From Babesia bigemina (taxonomy: Eukaryota): a DNA stretch of 64,000 bases. Below the pieces are notes generated by a model, which had not been told where the DNA came from, did not search any database, and worked only from the letters and a program-made list of their open reading frames with translations. Position numbers and translations under genes: made by a program. This document shows, piece after piece, positions 36,167-48,512 of this stretch (position 1 is its first letter; every line of letters begins with the position of its first letter). Where the stretch lies: NCBI RefSeq assembly GCF_000981445.1, contig NC_027218.1:1736001-1800000 (forward strand). The letters are read 5' to 3'.

Positions 36167-38684
36167 ATGCAGAATCCAACTAACACATGTAACCTCGATG
36201 AGGGCTGGTCGGCGCTTTCGCGCGAACACCTCGCCAGGTGCGCCATATTTACGGCGTCTAATTGCGTTGACAGAATCGCCGACCACGTGGATTCCATGGA
36301 CATCCGCCGCCCTCCGAAACCTATTTTTACACCCAATGACTTTCTAGCCGGTTACTCGTCGGTTTGCCTCCCAATCCGTTAACTGTTTGCAGGATTGTCT
36401 ACAGGCTGTGCACGGCCAAAAACTCTCGGAATGAGGAGCCGCTGTACCGCAGAGTGTCGCAGCTCTTCGTCGACTTCATTAATCGCAAGGTGGCTTTAAT
36501 CGTTGCGGAGAAGGATGTGTCGCAGATCCCCGTTTCTGCCGAAGCACCTGCTACCGTGGAGCAGATAGTTGACACGTGGGCCCGTTTCCGGGTATACGCT
36601 GAGGCCGTAGGCCGACTATTCTCCTACTTGGACCGATTCTACGTGAACTACTCGTCAAGCAGCCCAGTGAAGCTCATCGCATTGGAGGCGTTCCAGCGCA
36701 TCGTGGGTCTGCATGTTACTGCAATTCATGCCTGCGCAGGTATTTGAGAAACACAAAGAGAGGCTGAAACGCCGGCTGCTGGAATTGCTTGATACGCGCC
36801 GATCGGAGACTGATGTGGACGAGTTTGAGGTGGGCGCTCTCGCTCAGATGTTCCACGAGCTGGACGGCAGCGGCGGGCTGCAGTACAAGAACGAGCTCGA
36901 GTCGGAGATAATCGCACGAGCCGCTCGTTATTATTCCACCATGGGCCCGCTGTGGGTGCAAGATTGCGATTTATTGGACTATCTAAGCATCGTTGATGTG
37001 AGTTGTACCTGCTGTCGTGACTCAAAGTGGCGTAGCACTGCCTTGAGCAGGAACGTGCCGACTGCGCCCGCTGGCTGAGCGAAACTACACTTCGGCCGCT
37101 AACCGACACGGTGCTAAAGGCACTGATACAAGACCGCCAGTCTGACATAATCCAGAAAGTGGGCGAGATCGACTCCCTAATCGACCAGGGCAGCGAGGCG
37201 GTGGGTTACGACAAACATTTTACAAGCACGCCTTTAGGACCTCCAACTTATGTACCGTATTATAACCCCCATCCAAGGCGGCGTACCTGCAATAGCAGAG
37301 TCTTTGAATAGATCGATCCGGCGTTCTTTGTCGTCCACTGTATCTTTTGACGAGGTGCTGTCAGGCTGGCTTCGGTGTCAAAGTACTGTTTTAATTTTCC
37401 ACTGCGTAGAAAACGTGCAGAACTGCTGAAGAGCTGCTTCGTCAAAAACGACACTCCCACGGCATCCGGAAGCGGGGAAAATGCCGCAAGCAGTGCGACA
37501 ACCGCAGATCAGGAAAATGCGTCGTCGTCACCAGCAGACCCAGCCGTCGACCCAGCGATATCCAATGCAGTTCGCAGAGCTTTCGGCAATGTCATAGCCC
37601 AACTCACCGATTTCACAAAAGACCTAGTTGACCACTGGGACAGCACCTTGGTGTCCGCTGATCCTGGGTCGGTTACACGGTTGCGGAACTGTTGCGGGCT
37701 CCTGGAGGCCCTACACCACAGGGACGACTTTTACCAATGCTACAAGTTCAAGTTGGCAGGGCGCCTCCTCTATTGCCGAAGCTCTCTGAACATGGAGAGG
37801 ACCTCCATCCACATGCTGCAAGGCCTAGGGGCCTCTGATGAAGTTGAGCGCCTCCGTCGTATGATCGATGAGTCTTCCGAGGCACGCAAATGCGGCACCC
37901 CTTTCATGGTCATATCCAAATTCAATTGGCCGTGCTTGAGAGGTTGGCGGCTTGTGTAACCATCCAACGCTGCGCAGACTACTCGGAGGACGTGAAACTG
38001 CACAGCACCTTTGAGGACGGCTTCTCCAAACTGAAAGAAATGCAGCGTGCTCACCTCCACCGCACGATTTCTCACAACCGCATGTTGGGCCGCGTGGAAT
38101 TAGAGCTGGAATGCGGTGGCGCCACCAGGACGCTAATTTGCGATCTCGTCCAGGCATCAGCATTGATGCTCTTCGAGGGGCCGTCACTGGCGCTTGACGA
38201 CATCGCAGCCAAGCTCGGCGTGAACCGCTCATTCGCCCTCCAGATTTTACAGCCGCTTTTTGACAAGGGAGTGCTGAGCCTTCAGGTGTGTTGCAGTTGG
38301 CGCGCATGTATGCTCACCAATTGTAGGCCGGCGACGAAGTTGAGCTCAACTCCGCCTTCAACGACGGCTGCGATGTGACCCTGGATGCCGTGCCCAGCTA
38401 CCGCGACTTGCGTTCCAATAGCGCTTCCGCGGAAACTTCCGCAGGCTCTGCGCTGGACCCCGACGCGGCCATCGACGCTTCCATCGTCGCCCTCCTTAAG
38501 GCCATGAAGAGCATGAAACGCGACGAGCTGCTGTTGCAGTTGCCGCGATTCAGCCGCGAGGTACGCCCCCTCCATCACCATGCAGCGTAGCAATTATACG
38601 CAGAACGTATTGGCGAGGCTTCAAAGCCTGCGCGAGAGGGACTACATCACCATCTCTGACGACACCATCGCCTACGCGCCTTAG
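36167..38684 (+). CDS. Cullin family protein (divergent), multi-exon
   Basis: LDEGW, IVYRLCT, LFSYLDRFYV, YKFKLAGRLL and ISKFNWP motifs. C-terminal neddylation-domain pattern IDASIVALLKAMK..LQSLRERDYI..YAP*. Confidence 0.85.
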
Positions 38685-38880
38685 TTGGCCCTTAGCAGCC
38701 ACAGCACCCTGCAGTGGCACCACTGCGCACCCAACTGCTACGGTGTCAATCAGTACTACATTAGGCGCAGTTTTTTGTGCATTTCGTGACGTGTGTTTGC
38801 GTGATTCTGTTGCAGCCGCTTCGTGTTGTTGATTCATTTTGACCTGCGATTTGCGTGTGTTTCGCCAGGGACAGCTACTT

Positions 38881-39846
38881 TCAACCGTGTATAAAATTGT
38901 AGCAGCGCGCTGCCGACGCCAGGAGCGCCTCGTAGATGCCGAACGTGATGCCTCCGCTGATTACTGACTTGGCGAGCTGCATCTGGAACCCGGCGTACAG
39001 CCCCCTGAGCCTCTTGTTGCGCAGCGTCCAGGCGAAGACCTGGAACAGCGACCGATGCGAGAGTTCCGTTGCGAAACACTGCTGCATGGTCCGGCTGACG
39101 TAAACCGGGTAGCACAAGGTGGTCGGTATGATCCTGGCTATCATGCCGTTCGCTATGGGCTTCGCGTACTGCACGCTCTCCAGGAACCGGTGCTGCTGCC
39201 AGTCGACCTCGGCGAGCGACTCGTACACGCAGATGACCATGCCGTAATACACCACCCCGATGAGGTTCGCCTCCCACCCCTTGTATAGGCCTGGCAAGCC
39301 CTCGTTTTTGAACGTGCTCAGGAGGTAGTGCGTGGCGCCCCGGTACTGCGGCCATCCGTCAACCATGGTGCTGCTGGTCTGCAACTCCATGTTGAGCTTC
39401 GCGTTCCACGCCGGGTGCAGCACGGCGGTGGTGATCAGGCTGCTTAGCGACCCATTCACGAGCTTGGTTGCGTTTTTGTTGTCGAAATCTACGATTTTTG
39501 AATGCGATATCATGTCGAAGCTGTATCGGAAGAGAAACCAGCCGGCGCCCGAAATAACCATCGAGCATCCTCCGCCTCGATAAAGCCTCAATATGCCGTC
39601 TCTCCAGCTCAACCTGAGCATGGCGGCGAACTTGCTGCGATTTCCTCCCTGTATTCCATGGTCGTATATGTTCAGAGATTGCAGACGTGTCCGCAGAGAA
39701 GCAATCGGCTGTAGGAGCAGCGTACAAGTCGCTCCCGCGACTGCGTTGGCCAGAGCAGTGAAGGTGGGATGCGACTTCAGCTGCTCGACTGTGAGCGTGC
39801 CGCGTGGTTCGGCAGCTACGCTAGCCGCGTCACCGTCCTGGCCCAT
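38881..39846 (-). CDS. Mitochondrial carrier family protein (folate/FAD carrier-like)
   Basis: Three carrier repeats with P-x-x-x-x-(R/K) signatures (QPIASLRTRLQ, HPAWNAKLNME, YPVYVSRTMQQ) and EGLPGLYKG / RGLYAG motifs. Confidence 0.85.
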   Translation of the reverse strand: MGQDGDAASVAAEPRGTLTVEQLKSHPTFTALANAVAGATCTLLLQPIASLRTRLQSLNIYDHGIQGGNRSKFAAMLRLSWRDGILRLYRGGGCSMVISGAGWFLFRYSFDMISHSKIVDFDNKNATKLVNGSLSSLITTAVLHPAWNAKLNMELQTSSTMVDGWPQYRGATHYLLSTFKNEGLPGLYKGWEANLIGVVYYGMVICVYESLAEVDWQQHRFLESVQYAKPIANGMIARIIPTTLCYPVYVSRTMQQCFATELSHRSLFQVFAWTLRNKRLRGLYAGFQMQLAKSVISGGITFGIYEALLASAARCYNFIHG

Positions 39847-40021
39847 GACGATGGCCTTCAAACGGACGCGTCACTGCTTGGAGTTGGTTACGTAGCGGCG
39901 TTTTGGTCGTTATTTTCATAGTACCGTCGGTTGGCGTCCAAAAAGCCGGTAACCGCAGCAATGTGTGGACGGCGGCCGCTGTGGGCCAGTCAGTCCCGAT
40001 TCTTTCGTACAACGAACCACG

Positions 40022-43000
40022 ATGTCGAAACGCGCGCAATTATTGGAGAATGAAGCTCTGGTGCGAGCGCTGTGGCAGGAAGGCCGCGTCTTCGACGCGT
40101 CCGTCCCGGCCTCTGGCACCGCCGACAAGTACTTCTGCACATTCCCGTACCCGTACATGAATGGCCGGCTCCACATTGGGCACGCGTTCAGCATGTCCAA
40201 GGCCGAGTTCCAGGCCCGTTTTCAGCGCACGCAGGGCAAAGCTGTGCTTTGGCCGTTCGGGCTGCACTGCACTGGTGAGTGCCCCCGTACGGCTGGCTAA
40301 AAGTGCGCAGGTATGCCTATAATGGCGTGCGCCGACAAGATAAAGGCTGAGCTGGCTGAAGTACGTGTCGCATGCCACCCACTAAAATAACGCGCAGGCT
40401 AAAAACGCTGGTTTATCGGCTCCAATCACCGGCTCGGAGGAACTCCCCGTCGACACCGCAGGCTCCCAGGAACAGGCGCAGGAGAAGGATTGCACGAAAT
40501 TCAGTTCCAAGAAGAGCAAGCTGACTGCGAAATCCAATGTGAAGGTGCGTGCGCTTTCCCCAGTTCCGCCATGCTTTGCAGATGACCCAGATGGAGATCA
40601 TGCGCCACATGGGCATCGCTGACGCCGAGATCCCCAAGTTCGCCGACCCCCAGCACTGGCTGACCTACTTCTCGCCGCTGGCGATTCAGGACCTGCAGCA
40701 ATTCGGCACCTCGGTCGACTGGCGCCGCACGTTCATCACCACCGACCGCAACCCCTACTACAACGCGTTCGTGGAATGGCAGTTCACCCGCATGAAGGAC
40801 CTGGGCACCCTGCACTTCGGTTGCCGCGCTTCCATCTTCAGCCGGTCTGTGATGCAGCCCTGCGCCGACCACGACCGCGCTGAGGGTGAGGGCGCGACCG
40901 CGCAGGAGTACACCGCGATAAAAATGCACCTGGAGGAATCGCCATTTAGCATTCTCGATTCGCTGGATGCGCCGTACGCGCCGTACAAGGAGGTCCTAGC
41001 GTCTAAACAGGTGTACTTGTTGGCCGCGACCCTGCGCCCAGAGACCATGTACGGCCAAACGAACTGCTTTGTGCTGCCCGAGGGGTCCTACGAGGTGGTG
41101 CTGGGCTTCAGCACCCCCAAGCTGAACTTCAACGATTTCGGCGTCGTGGAGAGCATCGTGAGCGTCGAGGAGGCCGTCAAGAGATGCGACTGCCTCTACG
41201 TCACCTCCGCACGTTCCGCGATGAACATGGCGTACCAGGGTCTGGTCCTGTTGCGTCCTCCCCAAGCGCCGTCTACGCTGAGCGAAGTGCACTCAGTGTC
41301 CCGTTGTAACGGCCAGGAGCTCATAGGCTCCGCTCTGCGCACCCCGCTGAGCGTGCACCAGCGCATCTACGTGTTGCCGATGCTGACGATCTCGATGGAG
41401 AAGGGCACCGGCATCGTGTCGTGCGTCCCCAGCGACTCCCCCGACGACTACATGACCCTCTCTGAAATCCGCAAGAAGGGCGCCTACTACAAGGAGAAGT
41501 ACAACGTCGACGCCGTCCACTGCAGCCTCGACGCGGTGCCTGTGATCGACATCCCCGGCCTCGGGTCGTGCGCCGCCGAGCTGGTGTGCCAGCAGGAGAA
41601 GGTCGCCTCCAGCAAGGACAGCGTGAAACTCGAGCGCTGCAAGGAGATTCTGTACAAGCGCGGGTTCTACGAGGGCGTGATGGCCGTTGGGCCTTACACC
41701 GGCCGCAAGGTGCGTTTCGCTCCGCCTCCAGTGACAGCGCTCAGGTGTCCGAAGTCAAGGAGGTCATCCGGGACGAGATGCTGCGCGACGAGCAGGCGTT
41801 CGTGTACTACGAGCCGACGAAGCGCGTTGTGGCCCGTGCCGGCGACGTCTGTATCGTCGCGCTCTGCAACCAGTGGTACACCAAATTCAGCGACGAGGCC
41901 TGGAAGCAACGCGTGCTTGCCCACGTGGGCGACCCGTCTAAGTTCACCTGCTACTCCGAGTCCGCGTTGAACCAGGTGAAGCACGTCGTGAGCTGGTTGG
42001 ACAACTGGGCGTGCAGCCGTTCGTACGGCCTCGGCACCGTGCTGCCGTGGGAGGACATTAGCCAGAACAAGAATTCGCTGATCGAGAGTCTGTCTGACAG
42101 CACCATCTACATGGCGTACTACACGATTGCGCATTACTTGCAGGGCGACATTTTCGGCACAACCCCTGGTTCCCTCGGCCTGAAGGCGGAGCAGCTGACC
42201 CCGGAGGTGTTCGACTACATCTTCCACCTGAGCGACAAGGCCCCTGCCGACGTCGACGCTGCGATGTGCGAGAAGCTGCGCCAGATGCGCGACGAATTCG
42301 CGTACTGGTACCCGGTTGACCTCCGTACCTCCGGCAAGGATCTGATCTTCAACCACCTGACGATGAGCCTGTTCGTTCACAATGCCATATGGGGCAACGT
42401 GAGCTCCATCGATGCGATGCCGCGGTCGTACCTGTGCGTGGGCCACATCCTGGTCGACGCGGAGAAGATGTCGAAGTCCAAGGGGAACTTCCTGACGCTC
42501 GAGGACGCCATCGCGCAGTACACCGCCGACGGCACCCGAGTGGCGCTCGCGGATGCGGGCGACGGTCTGGATGACGCCAACTTCGCGAAGGAGACGGCCG
42601 AAGCGGCCGTGCTGAAGCTGCACGCCATCCTGCTGTCTGCGCAGTCCGACATGGAGCTGGCCGGCCGTGCCAACAGCGGGAGCAGCCTGTCGGAGTACGC
42701 GAAGCGCGTGTTCATGAACGAGCTGTGCGTCCTCGCCGAGCGCGCCAAGGAGTCGTACTCGAACTTCGTGTACCGCGACGCGCTGAAGTACTGCTTCTAC
42801 GACTACATCAACGCCCGCCGCAACTACATGCAAATGTCCCAGGGCGACGTCGACCACGCCGCCCTCGTGATGTACCACGAGACCTTCTGCCGCATCGCCA
42901 ACCCGATAATTCCGCACATGTGCGAGTTCATCTGGCTGAAGGTGCTGGGCCGCAGCACGTCGCTGGTGGGAGAGCCGTGGCCGACGCTGCCCGCAATCGA

Positions 43001-43636
43001 CTGGGCTCTTCACAGGTTTGTGGCCAGTGCGTGGAGGCTGAAGCGTCGCAGGCAGGTGAAGCTGTTGTCGAAGAACCTCGACGATTTCCGCAAGTGCAAG
43101 GAGAAGTCCCTGGCGACATCCAAGAAGCGCAAGGGCGCCGCCCCGGTTGCCGAGTTCACGGGCGCGGTGATCTACGTTGCCAAGTGGGTCCCACGTGCGC
43201 CACCGTTAACACACTGCAGGGAATACCCGGCGCTCCACCAGGAGGTGCTGCGCGCGCTCCAGGCCATGGACGTCGTCAGCGGCGCCATGACGGAGAAGGA
43301 CGTGATCAAGGCGCTGTCCACCTCCGACCTCGTCAGCAAGGCTTCCGTGGCCGACAAGAAGACGATGCTGGCCTTCGCGAGCTTCCAGCTGCGCGACGTC
43401 GCCGTGATGGGCAGCAGCGCCCTGCTGCTGGAGCTGCCGTACTGCGAGCTGGCGTTCCTGCGGTCCATCCTGCCGTTCGTGCAGCAGTCGCTAGAGGTTA
43501 CGGGTGAGCTACGAGCTTATACTTTACACGGTTCGCAGAGTTGCACGTGCTGCCGCACGACGAGGCGCACGAGCGCGACACTACTAGCATTCGGCAGTCG
43601 GCCTTCCCCGGCCGCCCGGCGGTGTTCTTCTACTAG
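40022..43636 (+). CDS. LARS: Cytosolic leucyl-tRNA synthetase
   Basis: [42 protein letters not shown] (CP1 editing domain), [11 protein letters not shown] and KMSKSKGNF. Several short introns. Ends PGRPAVFFY*. Confidence 0.97.
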
Positions 43637-45822
43637 TGCTTGAACGGCGAACATAGATCAAACTTTTCCACGTCCCACTTGGCGGCCTGCGCGCTTAGCA
43701 TGACCTCGTCGATGCACGCCTTGGCCACGTTGTACGCGTAGCGGACTGTCTGCAGTCCCCACTTCCACAACTGCATCTCCTCGCGCAGCTGCTCCATGTC
43801 GGTTGCGCGGCTGGCGTTGGGGTGGTGCGCGTTCACCTGCGCGTTGAGGCGCACGAGCACCTCCTTGAGGCTGACGGCCGACCTTTTGCAGAGGTCCCAT
43901 ATCTGCTCCAGCTGGTGGTCGATGAAGCCCGGCTCCATCGACTCGTCGAGCAGCGTCCAGAGCTTCTCGGCGATGTTGTAGGTCAAAATCGCCAGCATGG
44001 CGTCGCGCGGCTTGGCCGACCGGTGTATGGCGCACTCCACTATGCCGTCGGACCCCAGCGCGACCACGAAGCGCTCCCCCTTGAATATTTTGAGGTACTC
44101 CGCCAGCGTCGCCGGGCACACCGACATGTCGGCCAGCGAGTACTTGACGGCGCCGTGCTTGAGCGCTCCGTCCCGCCACGGGAACAGCAGCGGCTCGCGG
44201 GCGGCGACCTGCTCGGGCGTCAGGAACTTCATGCCGATGCGCTTTTGCACGAGGTTCAGCGGCTCGTTGGGGTAGCGCACATTGGCCTCCTCGCCAGCCG
44301 TGCCCGCCTCCCTGGCCCTTTTGAGCTTGTTGCAGAGGTGCTTCGAAGTGAACCTGTGCAGCAGCCTGTTCGCGGTGTCGAACTCGTAGTCGTGGATCAT
44401 CTCCGCTATGGCGCCGCACTCGTCGTCCTCGAAGCACGAGTGGCTGGAGGAGTCGTCCGAGTCGCTGTCATCGCCGGAGTCGGAGTCCGCGCCCTGGTCA
44501 CCGGAGCACCGGTGTCTGAGCGCCTCGAGCCGCATTTTGTGGTACCGCAGGTACCTGTCCAGCCTGCGCAGCAGCACGCTGGCGAAGTCCTCCAGCAGCA
44601 CGAAGCACCGCTGCGGGTTGAGCGTCCTGAAGCAGACGCTTTTTGCGCACATGTAGGTCGAGATGCCGGAGACTACGCAGAACCCGGAGAAGACCCCCGC
44701 TTGGACGGCAAGGGGCTTATCCGCCAGCAGGGTGCCAAGCTGCATCCCCGTGGCCATGCCTATGAAGTCGCATATCGGGCTTTGCGCCTCCAGCTTGGCG
44801 GTTATCTCTCCAACGTTGGTCGCGGCGTTCTTGACGCAGAACGTGGTGTGGAATGCCGCCTGCGCCGCCAACATCGTCAGCATCCCCACGTGCTTGAGCA
44901 CGTTGATGCACACGTTGAGGAGCACCTTCGGCTCGAACTTCATAACGTTGCCCGCGAAGCACGCCACGCCAGCGACGCTGCACAGCAGCCCGCCCAGCAG
45001 CCGGAACGCCTTGGGGTTGTCATCGAAGCCCGCGCCTATCTTGCCGAACCAGACGAAGTTGAACGCCCGTGAAACCACGTCCTTGAGCACGATGTTCGTC
45101 AGCGCCGAGCTGACCTTGCCGCGTGTCATCCAGGCGATCCAGCGGTCATTAGAAGCCTTCCCAGCCTCGCCGTCCTTGCTGGCACCGCTGCCGGTTGCCG
45201 CTTCGCCGGCAGGGCTCGCCATGGGCTGGGTCTGCGACGCCAGCGCCATGGCGGCGGCGATGGCGAAGCGCTCCAGCATGCGCCAGTGCGCATATCTGTA
45301 GTACTCGTCACTTACAATTTGAGGGTGGATCGTTCGGTCGATGAGAGCACCTATTTTGCGCCCGAGATCCACTATTTTGTCTACTACCGCGAGGTTGCAG
45401 GACAAGTTGCGATACGCGCCTTCTGCAAGGCGGCCGTGTTCTACCACCAGCTGGTTCCTCGGCTGCCAGCCTACTCGCAGATGACGCCGCGGATGTACAT
45501 TGCTCCACCTACCGGTGTAGTTCCTCGGAACTGCCGTTTTGATGCGACGTTTCGGAGCACTGCCCAGGAAGGCTGGCCGGAGCCCCTTGAACGGTGCAGT
45601 GGGCACTTGGGAGAGTTCGGAATCACCGGCATCCCCCGGCCGGTGATGCAGGTATGCACCGCCGCATTCACGATTGATGTGTGGGCCGAGGAGCGGTTGG
45701 CCGACGGTGACATGTGCTCCGGCCCGTGAGAGGCGTACTGCGTCGGCCCCCTTCCATAGCGACGAGCGCAGTACGGCGTACACCAGCCATGCTAGGATTC
45801 GATCCAGCCTTCCTCGGCACAT
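43633..45822 (-). CDS. RUS1/DUF647 family protein with an N-terminal leader
   Basis: PQIVSDEYYRYAHW, FDDNPKAFRL, NVGEITAKLEAQ and SVCFRTLNPQR motifs. Hydrophobic then basic leader. Confidence 0.8.
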   Translation of the reverse strand: MCRGRLDRILAWLVYAVLRSSLWKGADAVRLSRAGAHVTVGQPLLGPHINRECGGAYLHHRPGDAGDSELSQVPTAPFKGLRPAFLGSAPKRRIKTAVPRNYTGRWSNVHPRRHLRVGWQPRNQLVVEHGRLAEGAYRNLSCNLAVVDKIVDLGRKIGALIDRTIHPQIVSDEYYRYAHWRMLERFAIAAAMALASQTQPMASPAGEAATGSGASKDGEAGKASNDRWIAWMTRGKVSSALTNIVLKDVVSRAFNFVWFGKIGAGFDDNPKAFRLLGGLLCSVAGVACFAGNVMKFEPKVLLNVCINVLKHVGMLTMLAAQAAFHTTFCVKNAATNVGEITAKLEAQSPICDFIGMATGMQLGTLLADKPLAVQAGVFSGFCVVSGISTYMCAKSVCFRTLNPQRCFVLLEDFASVLLRRLDRYLRYHKMRLEALRHRCSGDQGADSDSGDDSDSDDSSSHSCFEDDECGAIAEMIHDYEFDTANRLLHRFTSKHLCNKLKRAREAGTAGEEANVRYPNEPLNLVQKRIGMKFLTPEQVAAREPLLFPWRDGALKHGAVKYSLADMSVCPATLAEYLKIFKGERFVVALGSDGIVECAIHRSAKPRDAMLAILTYNIAEKLWTLLDESMEPGFIDHQLEQIWDLCKRSAVSLKEVLVRLNAQVNAHHPNASRATDMEQLREEMQLWKWGLQTVRYAYNVAKACIDEVMLSAQAAKWDVEKFDLCSPFKH

Positions 45823-46279
45823 ACGCGGCAGGAACCGTCGCCTGCGCGCGACAGCCGCCGCGAGCGTGCACGTGCTAGGTACGGAAGAGATTCCTTGCGT
45901 CTACGCCTGTCATCGGCCAGCAAGGTGCTCCGATATAGGGTGTATCGCTAACAAACGGTGCGCTATGTCGGTGTTTACGCTGCGTTGCGGTGGTAGACTC
46001 CCCTATTGGGGGCCGCGCCCCTGCTTGCCGCCGCTTTCGGGGATACTGGTCTGGCAGCCGCTAGAGCACAGCTTGTCTACCAATACCACACATATTACGC
46101 TCATGTGTAAATATTGGTGACGGAGTGGGCAGGTTGTGTGCGATTGCCGTCATCCGCTCTGCTTGCAGGATATACCCACTGAAGTGGCTGCACCTCTTGG
46201 CGTCCCGACTTCTTACCAGGGCTTATGTGGGCTCCAGCCAGCCGCTATTAGCTCGTCTGTCCGGTGGTAGTTTGGCCTC

Positions 46280-48379
46280 ATGTCTCAGAGCCGGTTCCGG
46301 CTGAGCGGCCCCCTGGTGGGTGCGGGCATCGTCGGCGTCCTCGCGGCGTCCTATATCGCATATTACCTGTACCGGCAGCTGCGGAAGCGGCGCTTCATGC
46401 GCTACCTGAAGCGCATATACAACAACGACCACGAGCTCTACGATGAGGCCGAGGATGAGTACAGCGACGAGGATGACTTCTACATCGACGAGAGGACAAT
46501 CGACAGCCAGCGGCTGACCTCGAGGGCCGACCTTGAAAGCATCCACGGCAGCGGCCGGTCGCGCAGTAGGTATCCTTACGGCGGCCTCACCCGTCGCACC
46601 AAAGGCGTGGAGGAGTTTGAGCAGGAGGACAACATCGAGAACCTGGGCGGAAGTGCCAAAACCCGGGTTCCGAGGTCGCACTTCTACGGGTCCTTCAAAT
46701 CTCGGCTCGCGAAGGCCAGCGGCAAGCGGGACGACGCAGATGACGACGATGACTGGGTTAACGTGGACGACGAATGCAGTCGCAGCCCCTCGAGGAAAAG
46801 CGACCAGGTCGAGGCAGCCGATGAGGCCGCCGATTCCGGCGCAGACTCGTTGTCCGACGAGGATGCCGAAGCAAAGGTAGGCGCACCCAAAACCACCAAA
46901 GGACACTTTAGCAGTCCGCGGGAATAGACGCATCGTGCCTCGTGGAGGCCGCAGGGTCGGCGCCCGCGGCCGGCAGTGCTCTACCTGGCCGGCAGCGGGT
47001 GTACTTCAAGTCCTTCGGCTGCGCGCACAACATGTCAGATGCCGAATACATGAGTATGTCACTGTTGTCACCCCTCTCACACCCGCGCAGAGGGGCTACT
47101 GAGCGAATATGGGTACACCATTTGCGACACGGTCGACAGTGCCAACGTTGCTGTGATCAACAGTTGCACCGTCAAGGGCCCGAGCCAGGACGCCATGACC
47201 ACGGAGATCGTCCGCGCGCGGAAGCTGGGGATCCCCGTCGTCGTGGGCGGTTGCGTTTCGCAGGCCGACCGCAGTCTCGGCGTGTTCCAGGACCCCGGCG
47301 TGTCGCTCCTTGGAGTCCAGCAAATAGAGGGTGAGTCGCCACACCACTGAGAGTAGCTCATGAGTGTCGGAGCGCGTATTAACCGAACTGCAGAGATCGT
47401 GGGAGTCGTCGAGCAGGCGCTGCACAATCGCAAGGTTACGCTGCTGGACCGCAAAGCGTTGCCCTCGTTGAATCTGCCCAAAATCCGCCAGAACAAGCTG
47501 ATCGAGATCATACCGCTCTCGACGGGTTGCTTGGGCGCTTGCACCTTCTGCAAGACGAAGCAGGCGCGAGGTGTCTTGGGCAGCTACAGCCTGGAGGCGA
47601 TCCTCGACCGCGTGGAGTCGGTGGTGGCGGAGGGCATCCAGCAGATTTGGCTAACGTCGGAAGACACGGGGGCGTATGGGATCGACCTGGGCACCGACAT
47701 AGTCACTCTTCTGCGGGGAATCACTGCGCTGTTGCCGCCTAATGTGATGCTGCGTCTGGGCATGTCCAACCCGCCGTACATCAAGCGCCACATCGCCGGC
47801 ATCGTCGAGATCCTGCGGCACCCCAACGTGTTCGAGTTCTTGCACCTGCCGGTGCAGTCGGGCAGCGACCGCGTGCTGGACCTGATGAACCGTGAGTACC
47901 ATATCGAGGACTTCGAATACCTGGTCGACTGCGTGCGCAAGGAGCTGCCGGAATGCACCATCGCCACCGACATCATATGCGGCTTCCCCACCGAAACCGA
48001 CGAGGACCACCGCCAGACGCTGGACCTGATAGACCGTCTGAAGCTGCCCGTGGTGAACATTTCGCAGTTTTACCCCCGACCCGGCACCCCCGCCGCGAAG
48101 ATGAAGCCCCACGGGAACAAGGTGAAGAAAACGCGCACCCGCGAGGTGACACAGTTGTTCATGTCCTACGAGCGCAACAGCGTGTACGTGGGCCGCACCC
48201 TTTCGGTCTGGTTTTCCGACGTGGACAACCAGCGGGGCCACACCGTGGGTCACACCAAGACCTACGTGAAGGTGGTAGTGCCGCTGGACCCCGACCTCGT
48301 GGGCCGCAAGGCGCTGGTCACCATCGAGGAAAGCAGCAAGTGGCACCTGAAGGGTACCGTGTCCTCGTTGGATGCGTGA
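46280..48379 (+). CDS. CDKAL1: tRNA t6A methylthiotransferase (CDKAL1/MtaB), radical SAM, with an N-terminal TM segment
   Basis: FGCAHNMSDAEYM, NSCTVKGPS, VVGGCV and GCLGACTFCKTK motifs plus a C-terminal TRAM domain. Intron 46877-46914 joins the upstream 46280 ORF in frame. Confidence 0.92.
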
Positions 48380-48512
48380 GGCCTACTGGCGCCCCTCATT
48401 GGCAGCGTTGCGCTGGCAGTGTGAACACAAGCCATCTATATTTTAAATGCATCGAGATGTAGTGCACAATTGACACGTGGCGGTTTGTGCCTGGGCGCCT
48501 GAGCATGCGTTG

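Noticed and set aside
41694..45072. Long antisense ORFs over LeuRS and RUS1 (also over PA200, CDKAL1 and DUF2009)
   Set aside because: Shadow ORFs expected from GC3-rich codon usage of the real genes.
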